This document shows positions 56,131-64,000 of a stretch of DNA of 64,000 bases, one piece after another. Under the pieces are notes generated by a model. It saw only the letters and a list, made by a program, of their open reading frames with translations, had not been told where the DNA came from and made no database searches. Numbering within the stretch: the first letter of the stretch is position 1; each line of letters opens with the position of its first letter. Source of the DNA: Acidobacteriota bacterium (GTDB lineage: Bacteria > Acidobacteriota > Thermoanaerobaculia > Multivoradales > UBA5704); NCBI GenBank assembly GCA_040005235.1, contig JBDTZG010000003.1, positions 64,001 through 128,000 of the forward strand, read 5' to 3'. Made by a program: the position numbers and the translations under genes.

Positions 56131-59100
56131 ATGGCTTCCGGCCCTCCATCGCGCGACTATGCCGGGCCTGGGGCGCGGAAGGAGGCGCTGCGGAAGCTGC
56201 CCGAGAACGTGCGGCAGATCGGTCCGCGCGGCGGCGGTAAGGGCGGGGTGCCCGTCTACACCGAGCTGCGCGCCGCGTCGTCGTTTTCGTTTCTGGACGG
56301 CGCGTCTTCTCCGGAGGACCTGATCGTACGGGCGGCGGAGCTGGACCTCCCCGCGGTCGCGCTGGTCGATCGCAACGGGGTCTACGGCGCGCCGCGTTTC
56401 TATCGGGCGGCAAAGCAGGCGGGAATGCGGGCGCTGGTGGGGGCGGAAGTGTCGATTGGCGACCGGAACGCTCCTCCTGCGGCCGCGGTGGCCGCAGGGA
56501 TCGCGGTGCGCGCCGCCCGTCGCCGCCGCGATGCGGAAGAAGAAGCCGAAGAACAGCAGCCGCCGCTGATCGCCCCGCCCGGCGCGGACGGCGCGGTTCC
56601 CGATCTCCCCCGCCTGACGTTGATGGTCGAAAACCGGACCGGCTACAAAAACCTCTGCAAGCTCATCTCGGCCGCGGCGCGCGAGCGGCCGAAGGGGGAT
56701 CCGCGCGCCTCTTGGGAGCTGGTCGAGCATCACGCCCGCGGCTTGCGCTGTTTGACCGGCGGCGAGGAGGGAACGGTCGCCCGGGCGCTGCGGGCCGAGG
56801 GGCTCGACGGCGCACGACGCGAGCTGGAGCGGCTGGTCGCGCTCTTTTCCGGCCGAGTCCACGTCGAGATCGGTCGGCACCACCTGCGCGAAGAGGAGCA
56901 CGCGAACCGCGCGTTGGTCGACCTCGCGCGCCGCCTCCGCCTGCCGCTGGTGGCGACCAACGGCGTGCGCTACGCCAGTCAGAAGGACAAACCGCTGTTC
57001 GACGTGCTGACCGCGATCCGCCACCGCACTCCGCTCGACGCCGCGGGCAAGCTGCTCGCCGCCCATCGCGAGCGGCATGTGAAAAGCGGCGCCGAGATGG
57101 CGCAGGCGTTCGCCGATCTGCCCGAGGCGCTGGCCGGCAACGCCGAGCTGGCGGCGCGGCTCGATTTCACGCTCGCCGACCTGGGCTATCGCTTCCCCGA
57201 GTATCCATTGCCTTCCGGCGAGACCCCCGCGTCGTTCCTGCGCCACATTACCTGGAACTGCGCGCCCGCGCGCTTCCGGCCGTTCTCGGCCAAGGCCCAG
57301 GCGCAGATCCAGAAAGAGCTGGACATGATCGAGAAGCTCAATCTCGCCGGCTACTTTCTGATCGTCTGGGACATCGTCCGCTTCTGCCTGGCCGAAAACA
57401 TTCTCGCCCAAGGGCGCGGCTCGGCCGCCAACAGCGCGGTCTGCTACGCGTTGTCCATCACCGCGGTCGACCCGGTGCGGATGGATCTCCTGTTCGAGCG
57501 GTTTCTCTCCGAAGAGCGCGGCGAGTGGCCGGACATCGATCTGGACCTCCCTTCCGGCGCGCAGCGCGAGAAGGTGATCCAGTACGTCTACCGCCGCTAC
57601 GGCCCGCACGGCGCCGCGATGACCGCCAACGTCATCACCTACCGCGACCGCTCGGCTGCGCGCGAAACGGCCAAGGCGCTCGGCTATTCGCCCGACCAGG
57701 TGGACAAGCTCGCCAAGCAGCTCGGCCGCTGGAGCTACGACCAGTCGCGCGGCGATACGAAGTCGTTCGACACGGAGCTCTCCGCCGCCGGGTTCGATCC
57801 GGCCGAGCCGCGGCTCCAGCGGTTCACCGAGATGTTCGAGAAGATCCAGCACCTGCCGCGCCACCTCGGCCAGCACTCGGGCGGCATGGTGGTCGCCGCC
57901 GGCCGGCTGGACGAGGTGGTGCCGCTCGAACCGGCCTCGATGCCCGGCCGCACGGTGATCCAGTGGGACAAGGACGACTGCGCCGATCTGGGGATTGTCA
58001 AAGTGGACCTGCTCGGCCTCGGCATGCTCGCGGCACTCGAAGAGGCGGTGCCCACGATCCGCACCTACGAGAAGAAGCACGTCGATCTCGCCCATCTGCC
58101 GGCCGACGACCCCAAGGTCTACCAGATGCTTCGCGCGGCGGACACGGTCGGCGTGTTCCAGGTCGAGAGCCGGGCGCAGATGTCGGCGCTGCCGCGCAAC
58201 CGCCCCGAGAAGTTCTACGACTTGGTGATCCAGGTCGCGATCATCCGCCCTGGGCCGATCGCGGGCAACTTGGCCAACCCCTATTTCGAGCGCCGGGTCG
58301 GCCGCGAGAAGGTGACCTATCCGCACCCTTCGCTCGAACCGATCCTCAAACGCACGCTCGGCGTGCCGATCTTCCAAGAGCAGCTGCTGCGCATCGCGAT
58401 GGTCGCCGCGGGCTTCACGGGCGGCGAAGCCGAGGAGCTGCGCCGCGCGATGGGCTTCAAGCGCTCGGTCGATCGCATGCGCTCGATCGAGGCGCGTTTG
58501 CGCTCCGGCATGGCCGAGCGCGGCATCACGGGCGATGCCCAGGACAAAATCGTCCAGGGGATCACCTCGTTCGCGCTCTATGGCTTTCCCGAATCGCACG
58601 CCGCGAGCTTCGCCCTGATCGCCTACGCGAGCGCGTACTTGAAAGCCCACCACCCGACCGCGTTCTACCTCTCGCTGCTGAACGCCTGGCCGATGGGCTT
58701 CTATCACCCCGCCTCGCTGATCAAAGACGCCGAGCGCCACGGGGTTCTCGTCCGTCCGCTCGACGTGCAGGCCTCCGGCTGGAACTGTCGCTGGGAGGAG
58801 CGGGAGGAAATTAGCGTAGGGGCGGGATCTCGGGAACAACCGCCGGTCGGCGCGATCCGCCTCGGCTTCAAATTCGTCCGCGGCCTGCGCCACCACGCAG
58901 CGAGAGCGATCGAAGCGGAACAGGCGATCAGCCTCTTTACCAGCGTCGAGGATCTCGGCCGCCGTTGTCGTCTCCACGCGCCGGAGCTGGAAACGCTCGC
59001 GAGCCTCGGCGCGCTCGAAGCGCTCGGCGACGCCTCGCTCGGCGGCGCCAAGGGCAAGAAGCCTCTCCCCCGCCGCGCCGCGCTCTGGCAGGTCGCCCGC

Positions 59101-59580
59101 GTCGGCCGGCCGGCCGGGCCGCTGCTCGAATCATTGCCCGACGAGGCGCCCTCGCCGCTCCCCGAGATGACGACACAGGAGAAAACCCTCGCCGACTACG
59201 CCGGGCTCCAGCTCACGCTCGGTCCCCATCCGGTCGCGTTCTTCCGCGAAGGACTTACCCGCCAAGGGGTGGTCCCCGCGGCCGATCTGCCGCGCCACCG
59301 CGACGGCGAGCGCGTGCGCATCGCGGGGTCGGTGATCGTCCGCCAGCGCCCGGGTACTGCAAAGGGAATGTTGTTCCTCACCCTCGAAGACGAGTCCGGC
59401 ATGTGCCAGGCGATCGTCGCCCCCGACCTGTTCCAAGAGAACCGCAAGATGATCGTCGGGAACCCCGGACTCGCGGTCGAAGGCAAGCTCCAAAAACGCG
59501 ACGGCACCCTCTCCGTCCGCGCCGAGAAGTTCTGGCCCCTCCGCGATCTAGCGGCGACGCCGAGCCACGATTTTCGGTGA
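56131..59580 (+). CDS. dnaE2: Error-prone DNA polymerase DnaE2 (ImuC)
   Basis: PHP start SSFSFLDGASSPE, GRGSAANS, PDIDLD, PRHLGQHSGG, QWDKDD, YGFPESHA, RQRPGTAKG and terminal SHDFR (DnaE2-type tail). Start could be the GTG at 56248. Confidence 0.95.
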   Translation: MASGPPSRDYAGPGARKEALRKLPENVRQIGPRGGGKGGVPVYTELRAASSFSFLDGASSPEDLIVRAAELDLPAVALVDRNGVYGAPRFYRAAKQAGMRALVGAEVSIGDRNAPPAAAVAAGIAVRAARRRRDAEEEAEEQQPPLIAPPGADGAVPDLPRLTLMVENRTGYKNLCKLISAAARERPKGDPRASWELVEHHARGLRCLTGGEEGTVARALRAEGLDGARRELERLVALFSGRVHVEIGRHHLREEEHANRALVDLARRLRLPLVATNGVRYASQKDKPLFDVLTAIRHRTPLDAAGKLLAAHRERHVKSGAEMAQAFADLPEALAGNAELAARLDFTLADLGYRFPEYPLPSGETPASFLRHITWNCAPARFRPFSAKAQAQIQKELDMIEKLNLAGYFLIVWDIVRFCLAENILAQGRGSAANSAVCYALSITAVDPVRMDLLFERFLSEERGEWPDIDLDLPSGAQREKVIQYVYRRYGPHGAAMTANVITYRDRSAARETAKALGYSPDQVDKLAKQLGRWSYDQSRGDTKSFDTELSAAGFDPAEPRLQRFTEMFEKIQHLPRHLGQHSGGMVVAAGRLDEVVPLEPASMPGRTVIQWDKDDCADLGIVKVDLLGLGMLAALEEAVPTIRTYEKKHVDLAHLPADDPKVYQMLRAADTVGVFQVESRAQMSALPRNRPEKFYDLVIQVAIIRPGPIAGNLANPYFERRVGREKVTYPHPSLEPILKRTLGVPIFQEQLLRIAMVAAGFTGGEAEELRRAMGFKRSVDRMRSIEARLRSGMAERGITGDAQDKIVQGITSFALYGFPESHAASFALIAYASAYLKAHHPTAFYLSLLNAWPMGFYHPASLIKDAERHGVLVRPLDVQASGWNCRWEEREEISVGAGSREQPPVGAIRLGFKFVRGLRHHAARAIEAEQAISLFTSVEDLGRRCRLHAPELETLASLGALEALGDASLGGAKGKKPLPRRAALWQVARVGRPAGPLLESLPDEAPSPLPEMTTQEKTLADYAGLQLTLGPHPVAFFREGLTRQGVVPAADLPRHRDGERVRIAGSVIVRQRPGTAKGMLFLTLEDESGMCQAIVAPDLFQENRKMIVGNPGLAVEGKLQKRDGTLSVRAEKFWPLRDLAATPSHDFR

Positions 59581-59595
59581 GGTTGCTCGGAATCC

Positions 59596-60642
59596 TCAGT
59601 CCACGATCTCGATCGTAGCGATCCCGCGCACCGTTCCCCCCTGAGCCGAGACCACTATCGTCACCGGGCCGCGGTAAGTGGTGGTTCCGGCAAGGAAGGT
59701 GGCCGCGGCGCTGCCGCTGTCGTTGACCGTCGAGGCGTCGCGGAAGATTCCGATTTCGCGGCCGGAGGAGTCGGTGGCGGAGAAGATCGCGGAAGTGCCG
59801 GGGGTTACCTTGCCGATGTCCCTCTGGAAACTGGCGGTCACGGTGACCGGATCGGCAAGACCCGCTTGCGCCGTCACTTTGCCGCCGGTCGAGACGAGGA
59901 TGCGGTCCGGCAGAGCGCGGACGAAGGAGATCTGTGCTTGGCGGGTCACCTGGTTTGCGGTGGCCGAGACGATGCCGGTGCCGATCGCCGATGGGCTCAC
60001 CAACTCGACCGTGGCGCGGAAGGAACCGTCGATCGAGCGCGTGGCGGACGAGGAGCTCTCCGGCGCGAACAGCCCGCCGGAGGTGGCGAACGCGACCTGC
60101 GTTCCGAGGGGGAGTGCCGAGGAGACCTCGACCGTGAAAACGGTTCTTGAGGCTCCATCGGCGGGGGCCGAAGTCGGGGCCGCGACGAAGCGGATGACGC
60201 CGTTGACGTCCGCCGAAGTAAAACCGATCGCGATCGAGCGCGAGAGGCCCGGGACTTCCTTGACGCTCGCCATTACCACGGCGGGTCCCACTTGCTGGCC
60301 GCTCACCAACTCGATCGTCGCCTGGCCGGTGCCATCGGCCGCCACCTCGCGCCCTCCCGCCAGGGCCGCCGGGACTCCGCCGACCAATGTCCCCGCGCTG
60401 GTTGAAAAGATCACCGTCCGCTTGTTCAGATCGGCGCGCGGATCGAGTTGGGCCACCAGGCGCAGACGTGAGACGCCGTCCGCCGGGAGCGACGTGACGC
60501 CGCCGACCGTCCCCAAGACGAGCGACTCTTCGACGATGGCCGGAGGCTCGAAATCGCTCTGCTTGTAGCAGCCGCTCGAAACCAGGGCGGCGACCGAGAG
60601 GGCGGCGAGGACCGACACGACGCGGGGGGGGAAACGGCGCAT
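59596..60642 (-). CDS. Lipoprotein with tandem invasin-type Ig-like (Big_1-like) domains
   Basis: Lipobox VSSGC; repeated SLPADGVS / SAPADGAS...F.TS.G units. Confidence 0.78.
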   Translation of the reverse strand: MRRFPPRVVSVLAALSVAALVSSGCYKQSDFEPPAIVEESLVLGTVGGVTSLPADGVSRLRLVAQLDPRADLNKRTVIFSTSAGTLVGGVPAALAGGREVAADGTGQATIELVSGQQVGPAVVMASVKEVPGLSRSIAIGFTSADVNGVIRFVAAPTSAPADGASRTVFTVEVSSALPLGTQVAFATSGGLFAPESSSSATRSIDGSFRATVELVSPSAIGTGIVSATANQVTRQAQISFVRALPDRILVSTGGKVTAQAGLADPVTVTASFQRDIGKVTPGTSAIFSATDSSGREIGIFRDASTVNDSGSAAATFLAGTTTYRGPVTIVVSAQGGTVRGIATIEIVD

Positions 60643-60662
60643 GATTCGATTCTCCGCGCGGT

Positions 60663-61019
60663 TCAAGCTTTTTGGATTTGGACCAGCACCAGGTCCGGCT
60701 GCGGGATGCCGAGCGAGTCGGTGAGGGTCTGGTCAATCTGCACCAGCTCGATCGGGCCGGTTCCCGGGCCGATCACCAGCTCGATGCGGTCGCGACAGAC
60801 CTGATCGGTCGAGCCCACGGTTTCGGTGCGGGTAAAGCTCTTGGCCGGCGGATCGTCGCCGTCTTGAAACCAGATCTGATGGCCGGGCGCAAGCTTGTAA
60901 GTGAGCGTGATCGGCTCTTCGGCGAGCGTGCTGCGGAGCGTCTGCACGAGCTCGATGCGCTTCGGCACCGAAGTCGGGTTCGGGGACACGGTGAGGGCCT
61001 TCTTGATCTGGATCGCCAT
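60663..61019 (-). CDS. 118-aa beta-rich hypothetical protein
   Basis: GGAG RBS; MAIQIKKALTVSPNPTSVPKRIELVQTL...; high-GC3 codon pattern. This is the real part of the 706-aa ORF-track call. Confidence 0.72.
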   Translation of the reverse strand: MAIQIKKALTVSPNPTSVPKRIELVQTLRSTLAEEPITLTYKLAPGHQIWFQDGDDPPAKSFTRTETVGSTDQVCRDRIELVIGPGTGPIELVQIDQTLTDSLGIPQPDLVLVQIQKA

Positions 61020-61060
61020 GGATTGCCGTTTTCTCCGTTTCTCTCTCGCTGGCCGGAAAT

Positions 61061-62800
61061 CTACTGGCCCGGGAACAGGCCGCCCAAGCCGCCCTTGAAG
61101 GCGCGGGCGACGTTCAGGTCGAAGGACACCGTGAAGTAGTAGGAGACGGCCGTGTCGAATTTGGTGATCAACGGGCTCGGGTCGTCCTTCTTGAACACCA
61201 GCGCGCCGCCGCCGAGCCGGATCATGTCGGTGATCCGCAGGCCCGCGCCGATCAGCATCGACTGGTTGCCGAACAGGTCTTGCCGCGTCGGACCGCCGCC
61301 GTTGTCGCCGTCGGCGATGCTCTGCACCGTGAGGCCGAGGGTGAAGGCGAAGCGCCGGCTGAACGTCTTGCGAAAGCCTCCCAACTGCCGCAGCGGCGCG
61401 TTCTTGTTGACCGGACGCAGATAGAGGTTGACTCCGATATAGGAGACCACGGAGTCCAGCTCGGGCGCCCCGACCAGGCCGGCGTCGGCGCTGACGTAAT
61501 AGTTCTGGAAGGTGTCGAAGCCGCCGGTTGAGGAGGCGTTGACGATCTGTGCCCCGACCGCCCGAAGCGCCACCTCCGAGGCGAGCAGGTCGAGCGCGCT
61601 CGCGCGGGCGGCGAGGCTCGCCTGAACGTTGGTGGCGATCGAGGCGAGCGTCGCGGCGAGAGCGCCCGCCCGGGCCGCCGGACCCTGGGGTCCCACGAGG
61701 AGCCGAAGCGCCGCTGCGTCCCCTTCGGGCAGCTCGACCCCGCCCGGCCCGGTCGCCCGGTCGACCAGCCCGGGAAAGCCTGCGATCGCCTGGGCGAGCG
61801 CGTCGTAACGCCCGGCGATCGCCCCGGCAACTCCCGGGTCGAACGTGGCGTCGAGCGTTTCGCCATCGGCCGTCGTCGGGTCGAGCCCTTGAGCGGCGCG
61901 GGCGGTTGCGTCGGACGACATCTCCATCGCGTCGAGCACGCCGAGGAAGGCGTTCGACAACGCCGCGAGGTTCGGATCGGACGGTGCGGCAAGCGCCGCC
62001 ACAAGCCGTCCGACCGCCGAGTCGCCGGCCAGCCCGCGCAACAATTGAGCGAGATCGAATTGCAAGGTGGCGTAGGTCTTGAGGAGCGCGTTGCGCCGCA
62101 GTTGCGGCTCCAGCACCTGGCGGACACGGCCGTTGAAGCGGTCGGCCAGATCGTCGTGGGGGGTGCGCGAGTCGAACAGGGTGCCGGGGGCGATCGCCTG
62201 GTCGGATTTCATCTGGACCAGCAGCGCGGCGAGCAGTTTCCGGCGCAGCGCTTCGCTCTGGTCGGCGGTCAAATCGCCCCTTTCGATCGACGCGAGCCCC
62301 TGGTCGAGCGCTTCGCGCGCGACCGGCCGGAAGGCGGCCGCCGCTTCCGGGGTGACCTCGGCTTCGCTGCGGAAACAGAAGGCGTAGAACCGTTGCGCTT
62401 CCAGACGCGGGATGACGGTGCGAAACGTCGTGCCGTCGATCCGCCCGTCGATCGGCGCGGCCGGCAGCCAGGCGATCGGCGCCCCATTCGGTCCGCGGCA
62501 GTCGTCGTCCACCTGGGGTGGATTCTTGCGGTCCGAGATGTACTGGAGCGTCAACCGCTTCGCGCCGGTCGGCAGGCTGCCGCAGAAGCGGATCGGCACG
62601 TCGAACGGCAACACCCCGTCGATCGTTCCGGCTTGGAGATTGACCGCCACCTCGGCGAAACCGGTGTCGGCCGATGGGGCGGCGCAGGGGTCCGTGTCGC
62701 CGGGTTGAGCACCCAAAACCCCAGGCAGAAACGCCAGGGCGCCGACGGCCACCCCCGAACAGACGGCCACCCGCCAGCGGCAAGCCCTCGACTTCTCCAT
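61061..62800 (-). CDS. Exported hypothetical protein: beta N-domain, helical middle, C-terminal amphipathic beta-strands
   Basis: GGGGAGG RBS; signal peptide; strands YVSADAGLV, YIGVNLYL, FAFTLGLTV, LIGAGLRI, IRLGGGALVF and YFTVSFDL. Confidence 0.75.
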   Translation of the reverse strand: MEKSRACRWRVAVCSGVAVGALAFLPGVLGAQPGDTDPCAAPSADTGFAEVAVNLQAGTIDGVLPFDVPIRFCGSLPTGAKRLTLQYISDRKNPPQVDDDCRGPNGAPIAWLPAAPIDGRIDGTTFRTVIPRLEAQRFYAFCFRSEAEVTPEAAAAFRPVAREALDQGLASIERGDLTADQSEALRRKLLAALLVQMKSDQAIAPGTLFDSRTPHDDLADRFNGRVRQVLEPQLRRNALLKTYATLQFDLAQLLRGLAGDSAVGRLVAALAAPSDPNLAALSNAFLGVLDAMEMSSDATARAAQGLDPTTADGETLDATFDPGVAGAIAGRYDALAQAIAGFPGLVDRATGPGGVELPEGDAAALRLLVGPQGPAARAGALAATLASIATNVQASLAARASALDLLASEVALRAVGAQIVNASSTGGFDTFQNYYVSADAGLVGAPELDSVVSYIGVNLYLRPVNKNAPLRQLGGFRKTFSRRFAFTLGLTVQSIADGDNGGGPTRQDLFGNQSMLIGAGLRITDMIRLGGGALVFKKDDPSPLITKFDTAVSYYFTVSFDLNVARAFKGGLGGLFPGQ

Positions 62801-62832
62801 GCTCTTCCTCCCCGCGCCGGTCGCGATTCGAT

Positions 62833-63225
62833 CTAACGAATGCTACCAGCTCGCGCGGCGAGCGCGAAGAGGAGGAAGCCGGCGATCATCCCCAACCCGC
62901 CCAGCGGCGTGATCGCTCCCAGGATTCGCGGGCCGCCGAGCGCCAAGGCAAAGAGCGAAGCGGAGAAAACCGCGGTGCCGGCCAAGAGCGCGAGGACCGC
63001 CGCGCCGTAGAGCCGGCTTTGGCCCCCAGTCCGGATAAGGCCCAGCCCGATCAGGCCGAGTGAGCCGTACATGAGATAGCGCGCCGCCGTCTCCCAAAGC
63101 GAAAGGCCATGGGCGTCGAGCCTTCCGGCGAGGGCATGGGCGCCGAACGCCCCCGCTACCACCGCGAGGGCGGCGCCCACGGCGCCGGCCGAAACCCATG
63201 GGGCGGTCGATTCTTCTGTCGCCAT
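62833..63225 (-). CDS. DUF423 (YgdD/TMEM256) membrane protein
   Basis: GAFGAH, WETAARY, GTAVFSASL and LGAITPLGG. Confidence 0.9.
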   Translation of the reverse strand: MATEESTAPWVSAGAVGAALAVVAGAFGAHALAGRLDAHGLSLWETAARYLMYGSLGLIGLGLIRTGGQSRLYGAAVLALLAGTAVFSASLFALALGGPRILGAITPLGGLGMIAGFLLFALAARAGSIR

Positions 63226-63240
63226 TCGGATTCCGTCGGC

Positions 63241-63513
63241 CTATGCGATCTCGCCCAAAGGCCGAATCCCGGTCACCGCGTCGTTCGGGATCACGATCCG
63301 GTCGAATTTCTTCCAGATCCCGAAGCGCGCGGCGCTTTCGAGGTACTTCTCGCGCGGGGTTTCATCCCCTTCGCGATGAACGTCGGCGTCATTCAGGATC
63401 ACGCCGCGGTCGGTGACGTCGTCGCAGCGGCCCACGTACATCTCCGGGCCGCTCGTTTCGACCACCACGGTAATGCCGTGCAGATTGCTTTTGCCCTGAT
63501 GAAAAGTCCCCAT
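63241..63513 (-). CDS. Small conserved-looking hypothetical protein (Sm-like strand pattern)
   Basis: MGTFHQGKSNLHGITVVVET...YVGRC...VILNDADVH...IVIP; starts 10 nt after the brx stop. Confidence 0.7.
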   Translation of the reverse strand: MGTFHQGKSNLHGITVVVETSGPEMYVGRCDDVTDRGVILNDADVHREGDETPREKYLESAARFGIWKKFDRIVIPNDAVTGIRPLGEIA

Positions 63514-63523
63514 CGAGCAGCCG

Positions 63524-63958
63524 TTACGCCGAAACGGCGCTGTGCTCCGCGAACGCGCTCGACAGATCGGCGGCCACCTGATCGGCGGAGCGCCCTTCGA
63601 TCCGATGCCGAGGAAGGAAATAGACCAGCTCGCCATCTTTGAAGATTGCGATCGACGGGCTGCTCGGCGGGATCTGCGGCATGTGGCCGCGGGCGCGCGC
63701 GGTCGCTTCGAGATCCTGGCCGGCGAACACGGTCGCCACCCGATCGGGCCGCGCGTCGCTCTCCAACGCCTGGCGAACGCCTGGGCGGGCCATTCCGGCG
63801 GCGCAACCGCAGACGGAGTTGACCACCAGCATTGCGGTGCCGGTCTTTTCGTTCATCCACTTGTCCACTTGGTCGGCGGTGAGCAGCTCCTCGACCCCGA
63901 TCGAGGTGAGCTCTTCGCGCATGGGCTTGACGAGCATTGGGCTGTAGGGCACGGGCAA
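63524..63958 (-). CDS. BrxA/BrxB-family bacilliredoxin
   Basis: VVNSVCGCAAGMARP, TVFAGQD.EAT, PPSSPS and RHRIEG; AGGAGG RBS. Confidence 0.92.
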   Translation of the reverse strand: MPVPYSPMLVKPMREELTSIGVEELLTADQVDKWMNEKTGTAMLVVNSVCGCAAGMARPGVRQALESDARPDRVATVFAGQDLEATARARGHMPQIPPSSPSIAIFKDGELVYFLPRHRIEGRSADQVAADLSSAFAEHSAVSA

Positions 63959-64000
63959 TGACCTCCTGCGATCCGCCGACGCAAGAAGGCGCGGCGGTTG

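Noticed and set aside
595-58977. Long opposite-strand or alternate-frame ORFs (e.g. 595-2442+, 3027-4550+, 6708-8456-, 24294-26585+, 37351-39552-, 49366-50982-, 53613-55925+, 56113-58977-)
   Set aside because: They are shadows of well-supported genes in high-GC DNA, with Arg/Gly/Ala-rich translations and no family motifs.
61020-62783. Upstream part of the 706-aa ORF 60663-62783
   Set aside because: It is an alternate frame of the 61061-62800 gene; only 60663-61019 has an RBS and protein-like composition.
1-64000. tRNA, rRNA, IS elements, integrase or prophage
   Set aside because: I recognised no such sequences or motifs by eye; a covariance-model or HMM scan would be needed to exclude small ncRNAs.

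Overview
This is a high-GC chromosomal window with no rRNA, tRNA, CRISPR array or transposase that I can recognise. An ADOP-type permease, an acidobacterial-type VWA protein, an ELWxxDGT remnant and 'LxLxRETL' leader peptides point to an Acidobacterium, possibly Thermoanaerobaculia (inference). The right third is mostly housekeeping (xth, DeaD helicase, M1 peptidase, dnaE2, bacilliredoxin). The left and middle are accessory. The most notable candidates are: (1) a two-gene module in which a 99-aa single-TM protein with two C-terminal amyloid-like pseudo-repeats is translationally coupled to an NB-ARC/TPR receptor carrying one matching N-terminal motif and no effector domain, i.e. candidate NLR-amyloid signalling with an unusual minimal effector (31306-33602); (2) an ATP-grasp ligase with a double-glycine precursor, a candidate graspetide (33854-35386); (3) two convergent orphan Cys/Ser/Thr-rich RiPP-like precursors, one missed by the ORF track (8418-8976); (4) two paralogous ~54-aa exported-looking peptides, each behind a sigma54 promoter, the first divergent from a GAF-sigma54 activator with a perfect 16-bp palindrome at enhancer distance; (5) KaiA-less kaiC-kaiB whose downstream histidine kinase appears to have collapsed to an in-frame scar; (6) a Cache sensor with no output domain coupled to a binding-protein/membrane-patatin fusion. 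All assignments come from reading motifs by eye; no database search was run.
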